Assembly: GCA_951406725.2 (NCBI GenBank) | Contig: OX597825.1 | Location: 62,001 to 126,000 of the forward strand | DNA from: Octopus vulgaris | Taxonomy: Eukaryota | DNA: 64,000 nt | Direction: 5' to 3' | Shown here: in pieces, positions 34,701-46,022 of the stretch | Layout: the number at the start of each line of letters is the position of its first letter | How positions within the stretch are numbered: position 1 is the first letter of the stretch | The notes under the pieces: generated by a model | What the model was told of the DNA's origin: nothing | Databases searched by the model: none | What the model saw: only the letters and a program-made list of their open reading frames with translations | Position numbers and translations under genes: made by a program

Positions 34701-37532
34701 TTGTTGTCCTTAAATGCTCGCAGTTTATGCAACAAAATACATTTGTTCAACGCCTACGTCAGAAGTATTGACCCTGACTTCATCACTGTCACGGAAACAT
34801 GGGCGCATTCCTTACTCTGTGATGGGGTTTTCAACATTACAGGGTACAACCTCTTCCGTAAGGACCGCATTAACCGCCGTGGTGGTGGTGTGATGGTCTA
34901 CGTTCGTTCAAATTTTTCGGTAATTCCTTGTGCCGATTTGAACGAATCACAAGAAGAAGTTTTTTTCTGTGACGTACGTATGACCATGTCAACACTCCTG
35001 CTTGGCGTTGTTTATCGTCCCCCAAATTACCATCAGGACACACAGCTTTGCAATATCCTCCGAGCTGCTGCCAGGAAAACAGCCACTTATGTTTTTATTG
35101 CAGGCGATTTCAATCATCCTGAGATCAATTGGGAAACCTTCCATTGGCCACAAAGTGCAAACGATTTTGTTGAGCTTGTACTGGACTCAAACTGGTCACA
35201 AGTAGTCACCTCTCCAACAAGAGGCGACAACACCTTGGACCTGCTCTTCACCACAACTCCTGAAGCGGTTATCAATTGCACTACGGCGAACCTCTAGGTG
35301 ACTCTGATCATGCTATGATCATCGCCAATCTGGCTCTTGCGGGCAACAAAAACCTGAACCATCTCCAATCTGCTTCCTTCGATTGGAAGAGAGCAGATTG
35401 GAACCTGTACCACACTGAACTACAGCACACAAACTGGCGTGAATTCTACAACTCTGGAGATGTGAATACTATACTCCAGAGTATCCTGGACTCAATATGG
35501 GCAGCATATGCAGTATCAGTGCCACGTAAACAGAAAAAGAAGAACCACCCCAAAAGGGCAATTTGGGAAACTTCAGCAGTCCGACTTGCCAGGAAGGAAC
35601 GTCGGACTGCTGAACGGGAATACAAGTTGCATAAATCAGGCACCAACAGGAAGAAGCGGAATAAATCTTCCAACCATCTCAAGCAAGTGACAAAAAAAGC
35701 AGTGCTTGAATTTGAACAGTGCATAGCAGCCAATCCTGACAGCAAGGTTTTCTGGAAATATGTGCATTCAAAGCAGAGACCTCACTCTCCAGTGGGCCCT
35801 CTTCGCAACCCTCACACAAACCAGATCACTGACGACCCCAAGGAATGCGCAGAACTCATTGCCGAGTGCTATGCAAACATATTCACTGTTGAAAGTCAAA
35901 ATGTACCATCTTCACCATCACTAACAGCAAATTCCATAACAACTTTGGAATTTACACCTGCAATGCTGCGACGTCACCTTCAAAATAAGCGCAACTATGC
36001 CTCCCCTGGTCTCGATGGAGTTACATACCAGCTTCTCAAACGTGGCAGGTACTTCCTTTTACACCAGCTTTCTATTTTCTTCCAATACTGTCTCAACAAT
36101 GGTGCTACTCCGGAGCAGTGGAAAACTGCCAGTGTCATTCCTCTGTTCAAAAAGGGTGACTGCACATCACCTGTCAACTATCGCCCAGTCAGTGTCACTA
36201 GCTGTATTGCAAAACTGATGGAATCGTGTGTCAGAGAAACACTCTGGAACTTCTGGAGCTCTCACAGTCTCATCCGACCCTCACAATATGGATTTGTCCC
36301 TAACTCCAGCTGCAGTGATCAGCTTGTCGAGTTCCTTGAAGACATTACTCAGATCACTGACAGTGGCTCATGGGTGGATGTTGTCTACCTTGACTTTGCT
36401 AAGGCTTTCAACTCTGTGCCACACAAAAGGCTTATGGTGAAACTCTCTGCAATGGGTGTGAGGGAAGACCTTTTTAACTGGTTGAAATCCTTCATTCTCA
36501 GCCGAAAGGAGGTAGTCACAGTTCTAGGACAGCATTCTACACCATATGAGATGTCATCGGGTGTACCACAGGGATCTGTCCTTGGTCCCCTCTTGTTTGT
36601 GGCATACATTAATGACATAGATGCCAATTTAAAGAATGCCACAGTATTGAAATATGCAGACGACATCAAGCTGTACCTTGAAATCAAGAGGACAGATCCT
36701 GATGTCTACAACTCTTTCCTGCAATCAGACCTAGACACAATGCAGCAATGGATCACAGACTGGCAACTGAAACTGGCTGTGGACAAGTGTACCACCATGC
36801 ATTTTGAGAGAAAAAACCCTGCGTCTACATACTCCCTCCACAACACTGATATCAAGAAATCCTCTTGCGAGCGTGACCTAGGCATCACTGTCAGCAGTGA
36901 TTTGCGTTGGACAAAGCATATCTCTAAAATTGTCAAGAAGGCCGAGGGTGTCTTGGCATCACTCAGCAAGACTTTTGTTAGCCGCTCTCCAGCCATCTAT
37001 TTAAAACTGTATACAGCTATGGTACGACCACACTTGGAATTCGCATCATCAGTTTGGAACCCCTATCTTGCTCAGAACATTGACCTCCTGGAATCTGTCC
37101 AGAGACGTGCAACCAAACGCATACCCTCCATCAGACACCTACCATATTCTGAGCGCCTTGTTTCCCTGGGCATGGATTCACTGAAGCTCCGGCGTCTGGC
37201 GACGGACTTGGTAAACACCCACAAAGTTATCAACCACCTCACCAACAACAACACTGAACACCTTTTTGATCTCCATGTGTCTAACACACGTGGACATGCC
37301 TACAAAGTCAGAAAACAACACAGCTCCCATGACTTTCGGAAACATTTTTTCACGCTCAGAGTTGCTGAAGCATGGAATAAACTGCCTGCGTCAGTTGTTG
37401 ACTGCCATGACACTGCATCCTTTAAGGCCCTCATGCTTTCCGAAATCCGCCGAAACTACACCTGATTATATATACACTTTAGATGAGTTGTAGTGCACCT
37501 AAGCACTGTACACAATTATTATTATTATTATT
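34701..37532 (+). mobile_element. CR1-group LINE, near-complete ORF2 (APE plus RT) with one frameshift
   Basis: LNARSL, TETW, GDFN, LDL (34701-35297), then SDH, YRPVS, YLDFAKAF, GVPQGSVLGP, YADD, VRPHLEF (35276-37465). Short 3' UTR and (ATT)n tail at 37515-37532. Confidence 0.92.
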
Positions 37533-37908
37533 CCTTCCGACGCCGATGGACGTGTCTGAAAAGGCTCCGTGAATTTGACACCAATTTCATTGGAAATTTA
37601 TCGATAAGTTTTAATATTTTTTAATATTTTTGTAGCCAAACCGACCAGCTTCTTGCGGAGCTCGTCGATTGGGCGAAATTTTGCCCCATTCGGGGTGAAA
37701 TTACATTTTTGAAATTTTGAACTTTGTCAAAATAACAAACTTTTGAACAAAAAAAAATGGCTATGAAGCGAGCAGTTAGCTATTCCTTCCTTCCATTTAC
37801 ATTCCCTCCGCAAACACACACATTATCACCAAAAAACACCCACTTCGCGCCGTAAAAGGCAACAGAGCTCCTCCTTCCGAAACGGAAAGCACGCGCACCG
37901 TTTGAAAG

Positions 37909-39553
37909 GTGAATGCTAGCCAGGACGTCGCGTTCGACATCACTCCTGATTTCCCCCCTCTGCCTTCAACAAGTGATATTGTACCGAAGGGGAAGGAGAG
38001 GAAGGTTATAACGGACACAAACACAGACAGGAACACGGAGAGAAATGAAAAGGTTTCCAACAATTTTGCTTCTGCTGCGAAGCAAATTTCGGAGGAAGTT
38101 AAGATAACTTTAGAAGAAATAAAAAAAGCTAAAGAATTATTGAGAAAGGATGGCAACAGCATCTTCCTCAATACTCCACAAGGGGTGATTGAAGACACAA
38201 ACAAAAAAACAATCACATACAAAGTTTTCGATAGGAAACTGAAAAAAATGACAAATGCCACACCCCAACAGTTAGAGATAGCTCTAAAGCCCATTTGGGC
38301 CCAAAAGAGCTACGTAACCAAGAGGAAGCGTTTCGGAACCGTGGAGGTTCGCTTCCCAACAGAGGAGCTTGCAAGGGCGAACGCCATTTCGCCCTTGCAA
38401 ACTGAGAATTTGTTACTAGTCCCGACCCACCTCGGGCGAAGAGTAACGAAAATAAAGATCGACCTTGCCCCCCCACCCCTGAGCTAGATATGTCATGGCT
38501 GGTGGCAGCTGTCCTCTATGATATAGAGGACACTACCACCATTCTAGATGTCAGGAGAGTGAGGGCGAAAAACTGGTTGGGGATGGGAGTGCTGCTTCTT
38601 GCGCAAATTCAGCAAGAAAATATCTGTAAAGTCCCTGATTTCGTAAGTTTGCCGGACGGCACCAGGCTAAACGTTGCTGTGGAGGGGCGAAAGCCAAAAT
38701 GTTTCATCTGCAGCAGCGAAAGCCACTTAAAGAGGGACTGCCCCATTCAAAAAAAGAGGATGGAGGAGTACAACAAGAGGAAGCAACAACAACAACAACA
38801 GAAACAGCACGAAACACCAAAAGCTGCCACACCACCAACACCATCACCAGCACCAAGACGAACAACACCACCTCCAACAACAACAACCACCACCAAACCA
38901 ACACCGACACGAGTACCTCGAAGGTCAACAGCAGCAACATCAACAGCAACAGGAGCAGCGGCACCACCGATACCGGCGGAACCAAAAACCTTTCGTCCTG
39001 CTACTGAAGCAGACCCCTCAACCATTCCTTTGCCGGATGAAGAGTCGGATTGTGCGAGCTCTGATTCCAACAAAGGAGAATGGAGTATAGTGCCTCCAAA
39101 GAAGAAAGGAGGAAACAACAAAAAGATTTACAGGGGAAGCACGAACAAATAGTGCTTCCAAACATCAACAACAACATCAACGACAACACGCATTCACAAC
39201 AACAAACAACAACAACAACACTTTCGACACCACTACTGTCACTGCCACAGACACAAACCCACACAGACACAATTACATCAATAAACACAAAGAACCAAAA
39301 ACTAGTGGAGTACTTAAAAAACAAAACTAGTACAAATATAACCGATTTCATCATACCAACACAAAACACACCACCAGCACACATTCTCACAATAAAAATA
39401 AATGCAAAAACATATGATGAAATCAAACAAATATTCCATAACGATGTGGGATCGCTAGGGAAAAGTTTCTCGAAGAAACTTTATAAAAACATTGTGGAAG
39501 CACCCGTGCAAAAGCACAAGGGAGCCACCCCCACCACCAACAACAGTAAGTAG
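37909..39553 (+). pseudogene. Tx1 ORF1 (gag-like, CCHC knuckle), frameshifted
   Basis: Three overlapping-frame ORFs (37909-38487, 38490-39152, 39080-39553). VEGRKPKCFICSSESHLKRDCP is a CX2CX4HX4C knuckle. Pro/Thr-rich tail. Confidence 0.75.
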
Positions 39554-39593
39554 AGCCTTTTTTCTCCTTTTTTTCCCCCCCTACTTTTGAGAC

Positions 39594-42500
39594 ATGGCAA
39601 ATCTTAGAATCGGTTGCTTGAATGTGAGAGGCCTCGGGTCACCTTGGAAACAGGGTCACCTGTTAAACGACCTGATGTGGATGTAGCAGCCATCAGTGAA
39701 ACCAGGCTCTCCGACCCGCAGGAACTCGCAGCCCTTTTCGGCGGATACGAAATATTTCTATCTCCGTGTCGGCCGGGAGCGGGCGGTGGTGGTACTGCGG
39801 TGTTGTTTCGGAAGGGCCTGGACCTGAAAATAAGGACAGTCTTCTTGGATCCGGAAGGTAAGTTGGTGGTCCTCGACGTCGACGGTAGTGACGGCGGTGC
39901 TTTCAGACTGCTGGCTGCCTACGCTCCGACAGGAGCAGGGCAGTCGGATTATTTCAAACGTCTGCAAGTTTTCCTGGGAACGTCACGCACTCTAGTGCTA
40001 GTTGGGGATTGGAACGCTGTCTTAGACGAACGTTTCGATCGGGTGGGCAGGGGAGCGTCTGATAGGAGAGGGGGAGGGTGCAAGAGCCTCGCCAACCTAC
40101 TGGGCCGCTTTCAGCTGTCCGACAGGTTTCGACTAAACAACCCGAATGTGCCAATGTGGACTTGGACCAACCGCATCGGGTCGTCTAGATCGTACTTAGA
40201 TAGAGTGTTTTGTAGGCCAGCGGATAAGGACAGCGTAGGGTGTCCACAATTCCACCTAGTCGAATATACGGACCACAAATTAGTGATCTGTACGGTCGAC
40301 TTAGATAGGCTACATAGACAGGGACCCGGCTACTGGAAGCTGAACGCGTCGTTAACGGCGTGCAAAGCTTACAGAGACCGGATTAGTTTACTAGTTAAGC
40401 GGGCGCTCACGGGGGCAATCATCAACAACAACTGGTGGTTTGCCCTCAAGAGAGCAATTAGAGTAGAGTCGATTAGGTATAGTAAGACTCTAGCTATTGA
40501 ACGTAGGAAGAGAGAGCGGGATTTAGTTAAGAAACTAGACGAGGCTCTTGACACTGGCATCGCGACCGACGTGTTGGCGGCAAGGTTGGCCCTCGACCAA
40601 CACTTCGACGCCAAACACGAAGGCTGCGTTGTCAGAGCTAAGGCATGTTCGCTAAGCGGGGAGGGGACTAGAGCCGCTCGATGGGCCCGCGTGGCGGAGG
40701 CGAAGCGAGGCAACAGAGCAACCATTCGGTCTTTGGTGGACCAGAACGGGCGCGAGGTTACCGAACCGAAGCAGATGTGTACGGTGCTTCAGCGGCACTT
40801 TGCTCAACTGTTTGGGACGAGCGGTGGAACGGACAACGGTGCAGACTTCGGTGTGTACCTGGACGGCCTACCGCAACTCTCGGACAGCGAGGCAGAGTGC
40901 TGCGAAGGACCGATATCTGCCTGGGAAGTACGGGAAGCGATGAAGAGTTGCACGAGAGGTAGATCGCCGGGTTTGGATGGTCTGCCCTACGAGCTTTACT
41001 TTTCAATGCCAGACTTGTTTGCGGACCTGTTGGTAAACGTCTACTGCAACTGGCAGCAAAACGGGAGAATTCCTGCTTTTGTCTGTCGAGGGGTGGTGGC
41101 TTTGCTAAAGAAGGACCCAAACAAGGGAGACGTTATAGGGAATTTCCGGCCCATCACTCTGCTCAATGCAGAGTTGAAGATTTTGGCCAAGGTGCTAGCC
41201 AAGAGATTGGCGCTTGTCGTGGACAAGCTGGTCGGCAAGACGCAGACATGCGCCGTGCCGACCAGGTCGATACACGACAACCTCCATCTCATGCGCTACA
41301 TCATAGAGAGGGTGGGTAACGACGCTGGCGCGGGTGGGGCTTTGATCAACTTGGATCAGAGTAAAGCCTTCGATAGGGTCGACCATCGGTACCTGGCAGC
41401 TGTCCTCAGGGCAGCCGGCTTCGGTCCAGTCTTCCGCGGGTGGATCGCTGCTTTATACAGCAACATCTGCTCGGTGATACGGGTGAACGGTCACCTTTCG
41501 GAACCGTTCGACATCTCGCGTTCGGTCCGCCAAGGATGCCCTCTCTCCTCCCTCTTATACATTTTGACTCTCGAGCCATTACTGCGCAAGTTGGAGGCTT
41601 TGAGGGGTATCCCGCGCGATCTAGGAGGCGGAAACAGCGTGTCTGCTTATGCCGACGACGTCACCGTGGTGGTGTCGAGCCACAGGCACATTGGCCTGAT
41701 TGGCGAGACGCTAAACCAGTACGAAGCGGTGACAGGGGCAAAGATTAACGCGGAAAAGTCTGTGGGCTTGCAGCTGGGCACCTGGAGAGGCAAGCCCATG
41801 CCGTCCAACAGCGTCGTAGGGCGCTGGACAGACGGACCCGTTAAACTGCTCGGGGTCTGGTTCGGTCCGGACCTCCAGGTGGATAAGAACTGGGAAGAGG
41901 TGACGAGCAGGGTGGAACGTCTCACCCAGAAATGGGCCGAGAGGAAGCTGTCCCTGAAAGGTCGAGCGGAGGTGGCGAATGCGTACATCGCATCCGTCAT
42001 CTATTACCGCTTGACCGTCGTCCCTTGTCCCGACCGCTGGTTGGCCAAGCTGGTACGCCTGCTCTTCGACTTTTTGTGGAAGGGTCAGGTGCCACTGGTC
42101 AGGCGATCCATCTGCTGTCAACGACCGCTGAACGGAGGCCTTGGAATGCCGTGGTTGCTGTTGCGCAGACATGCGCTCAGGCTGCGGCATCTCAAGCGCT
42201 TCCTAGACGGTGAACAGGTGTGGTCGTCTTTTGTCAGACGCGATTTTCCGCAGCTCGTCTCTTTGACGGAGCTGCAGACCTGGATCAAACGTAGACCGAG
42301 AAAGGGCGCTTGGCACCTCGAGTGTCGTCAAGCCCTCTCCGCCCTCCGTCAGGCGGGCAATGCGATCGGTTACAGCTCCACTCTAGCGTTCTATAGAGGG
42401 TTAGTGGAGGAAAAATGCGACGACGTTCTCGGGGAAACTCTAGGCGTTGAAGATGACGAACTGTGCGGTCTGTTCGGGAGGACTTTCGGGCCGGGGCCGA

Positions 42501-43015
42501 TGGATAATTTCCAGAGGTCTCTCGCCTGGCAGTGCTACCGAGGGGCTCTGCCTGTTCGAGATAAACTCCACCGGCACGGAAGTGCCGTCAGCCGGGCCTG
42601 CCCGAGGTGTTGCCAGGACGACGAAACCGTTCTGCACGCACTCGTTCAGTGCCCGAGTATTGCTGAAATATGGGTTTATGTCGAACAGCTACTGTCACGT
42701 GTAGGACGGATCCGACTATCGGCCGAATCCATAGTGAAGATTGCCCCACCGACCTCCTTTAACAAGGAGGGCGAGGCCGTTTTCTTGTGCCTAGTGGCTG
42801 TGGCGAAAGAGGTCGTGTGGTGGACTCGTTTGAAAGGGCTAAAGACAGACACTTTCCTCTTTGGTCAAGGCCTCATCAACTTTTTCAAGTTTCACTTGAA
42901 AAGGAAGATGAGGTTAGAGAGGAAAGTGCTGTCCGATAGCAAGTTTTATGAAAGGTGGGTGAATTGTGCGAGACTGGCCTGTATAAATGGACCAGTTCTC
43001 AGGTTTCGCCTGTGA
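39594..43015 (+). CDS. Tx1 ORF2 (APE endonuclease, RT, C-terminal zinc finger) with a frameshift near codon 27
   Basis: ATG 39594 gives MANLRIGCLNVRGL in a different frame from the 1133-aa ORF (ISET, AYAP, GDWN, YLDR, TDH, GYWKLN, FRPITLLN, LDQSKAFDRV, VRQGCPLS, YADD, CPRC...ETVLH...C). Confidence 0.9.
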
Positions 43016-43295
43016 TTTCAAAAAGGTAATACAAAAGGAGAAAAAAAAGGGGACTCTCTACACCCCTTTTTTTTGACCAGGCTCCCGTTGGCTTTTGTAG
43101 GGTTTTTTCCACCAGGAACCTTTCGAAACGTCTCCCCCTTTTGGGAGTTTTTCATTGTTGAATTTTTTAAATTGTTATAAAGATTTTTACTCGATGTTTT
43201 TCAAAAACGGACAAAACCCTTTGTAACCTTTCGTCCTGTTTTGTCCCTTTATGTAATCATGCGATTCAGCCCTTGTGGCCAATAAAAAAGAATTG

Positions 43296-43465
<170 letters not shown>

Positions 43466-43494
43466 GGCCATTCCGATCAAGAGTACCTGCTTAC

Positions 43495-43516
43495 CTCCCT
43501 TACATTTGTCAGCCAT
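43495..43516 (-). CDS. Candidate short first coding exon (MADKCKG...)
   Basis: ATAATGGCT start context and a strong donor GGAG|GTAAGC in a unique CpG-containing stretch. No homology evidence. Confidence 0.35.
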
Positions 43517-43734
43517 TATTTACGAAATCAAAACCAAATCGCTTTTATTGAGGATTTCGATCACGAAATAATCGACAATCAACAAACGATTGGGAACTTC
43601 ACATAAACAGTATGTGTTTTTTTTTATATACTTTAAAACTCTGCTTTAAAAGCTTAATAGTTTCAAAATTTTCTACTTTATTGTTGTTTAAGGTGACTTT
43701 GTTGTTATATGTAATTAAGGACAACGTACGGACC

Positions 43735-43880
43735 TAGTACTATAGTACACTATAGTAAACTATGGTACACTATAGTAAACTATAGTACACTATAGTAAAC
43801 TATAGTACTATTGTACACTATAGTACTATTGTACACTATAGTAAACTATTGTACTATGGTACACTATAGTACTATAGTGA
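43735..43880. repeat. Minisatellite of self-complementary ACTATAGT units
   Basis: actatagtac/actatagtaa/actattgtac 8-10-bp units. Confidence 0.9.
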
Positions 43881-43925
43881 AGTCCACTATATCGAATTGG
43901 GTAAACCTAGCTAAACCCCTTCTGT

Positions 43926-44240
43926 TCATCATCATCATCGTTTAACGTCCGTTTTCCATGCTAGCATGTGTTGGACGGTTCAACCTTGGTCTGGGAAGCC
44001 AGGAGGCTGCACCAGGCCCAGTCTGATCTGGCAGTGTTTCTATAGCTGGATGCCCTTCCTAACGCCAACCACTCTGTGAGTGTAGTGGGTGCTTTATACG
44101 TGCTACCGGCACAGGTGCCAGGGGAGGCTGGCAACGGTGCCAGGCGAGGCTTGCAACGGCCACGATCGGTTGGTGCTTTTTACGTGCCACCGGCACTGGT
44201 ATCACAACTACGATTTCCATTGATTTTTGATCGATTTCGA
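43926..44240 (-). mobile_element. RTE family 1 3' end
   Basis: Signature sequence. Confidence 0.75.
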
Positions 44241-44249
44241 TCGGTTATT

Positions 44250-44440
44250 GGTTTTAAACCGTGTTATGACCTCGTTGTGTTACGCCATAGGGCTAGCCTA
44301 GAAGCACTTATTCACCTTCCCGATGAGATGTTTGTTCACCTGTCCAATCTCAGATTTCGCAGGATTTATCAGCTTAAACTTGGGGTTAGGGGCAAAGTTT
44401 GGTTTATGATCCTTGCTTGTGATAACCATAAAGACACACA
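44250..44440 (-). mobile_element. Penelope-like RT N-terminal relic
   Basis: ITSKDHKPNFAPNPKFKLINPAKSEIG matches the PLE KDHK...LINP.KSEIG motif. Confidence 0.65.
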
Positions 44441-46022
44441 CTTCCCATAAACTCTTGTCCAGAAAACTCTCGCGGACTTGCAAAACCACCTGTGACGAAG
44501 TTTTTTTTCTTTTTTTGACCAAGGGAACTCTTAACTTAATCCCCTGTTCGATTAGTTTCATCTTTTTCACAGCATCCACAAACCGGATGTATCTTCACTT
44601 TCAACAATAGATAGCAGTCGCCACATTTCACTCCATACCTAATACATAACAGGTTATATAACTGGGCTGTTACCTAAAACTCCGTTGAACCCCTAGTGAG
44701 AATCTGATTGGTAAGATCAGCCGTAACGGATTTATTGTACACTTTGAGTAATATACCCACCCTACTGACAGATATGAGTGCATTTTTGCTTGACTTATGG
44801 ACTTTTAGACGGTTTACACACACACACATTTATATATTGATATTAATATTTCACTTAGACACAAGTTCTTTTGGGCTGGACATGTTACGTGTGTAGCGAA
44901 TCCTGCAAGCATGAAGTGGATTTGATCCACCATAGCCAAATTTAAACTAACACTGCTACAGAACTTTTCCCATGGTGGAACAATGGTTTTTCTCTGACAG
45001 CAGTTTTTACATTTTCCAGATGCCTTTACCTAGGCCAAAACAATGTCTTCACCACTTGACCCTTTCTAACCTCTTCTACTTCACCAAGGGCTGGAATAGA
45101 TAACGAGATCACCAACTAAATCTATTGTTCACAATGATATATATCTATCCTTCTGGATCTTAATATAAGCAAGCTCATCCCAAGCAATAACCAGTTAGTC
45201 ACCAACCGGTGACGACTCAACGAGGTCTGGCTGACCAACCTTGGTCAGAGGGAGAAAGCAACTGTGAGACAGCCCATACAATTCTCTTTAGCTCTAATTC
45301 TGTTCTCCTACATTATTCTATCGCTATGTGTGAATTACTACTATCTATTCGTATACGTAAAACTATGTAAAGAAAACAGTCTACCGCAGCAAACTTAACT
45401 TTCGCATGTTTTTGGATTTATCAACCTGTCCGTCGAGATAAGGTATTGTAACGTAACGGTAAATAAACAATTTCCATAAAACTTCGAATATTGTTCATCT
45501 TACACATTTTACAACTTAGTCGTTTTAATAACAAACTTTTGATCGTTACTACCGCAGACACCAACATCATCACATAATATTGTCAACAAATCAATTTAAA
45601 TCTGTTACAACTAAAAATTAACGACGGTTACCCAAGGTTCACAAACAACAGGTGGATGCATACAGTTGCCGAGTGGTATCCAGGATATCAAAAAAGGCCA
45701 TTTGGAAGGTCTCCACGATGAAGGGAAGACGACTTAGACAAGCAATTTGGGTTAAGATGGAAAAGAATGGTGCAATCAAGACAAAATTAGAAGTGCATTG
45801 TGACCAGTGGTGTGTAACAGCAAATGGTGGCCTGGTCAGTACTGTGATATATACATATATACACTGTAAAGTGGTTGGTGTTAGGAAAGGTATCCAACCA
45901 TAGAAACTATGCTAAAGCCGACACTGGAGCAAGATGCAGGTCTTGGACCCATCAGATCTTTGTCAAACTGTCCAACCCATGCCAGTATGGATCATGGACA
46001 TTAAATGATGATGATATACATA

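Larger units (their letters stand above)
37533..43294 (+). mobile_element. Tx1/L1-group LINE, apparently full length
   Basis: 5' ccttccgacgccgatggacgtg, ORF1 fragments, ORF2, and a 3' UTR ending aataaaaaag. Flanked by (ATT)n on both sides. Confidence 0.88.
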
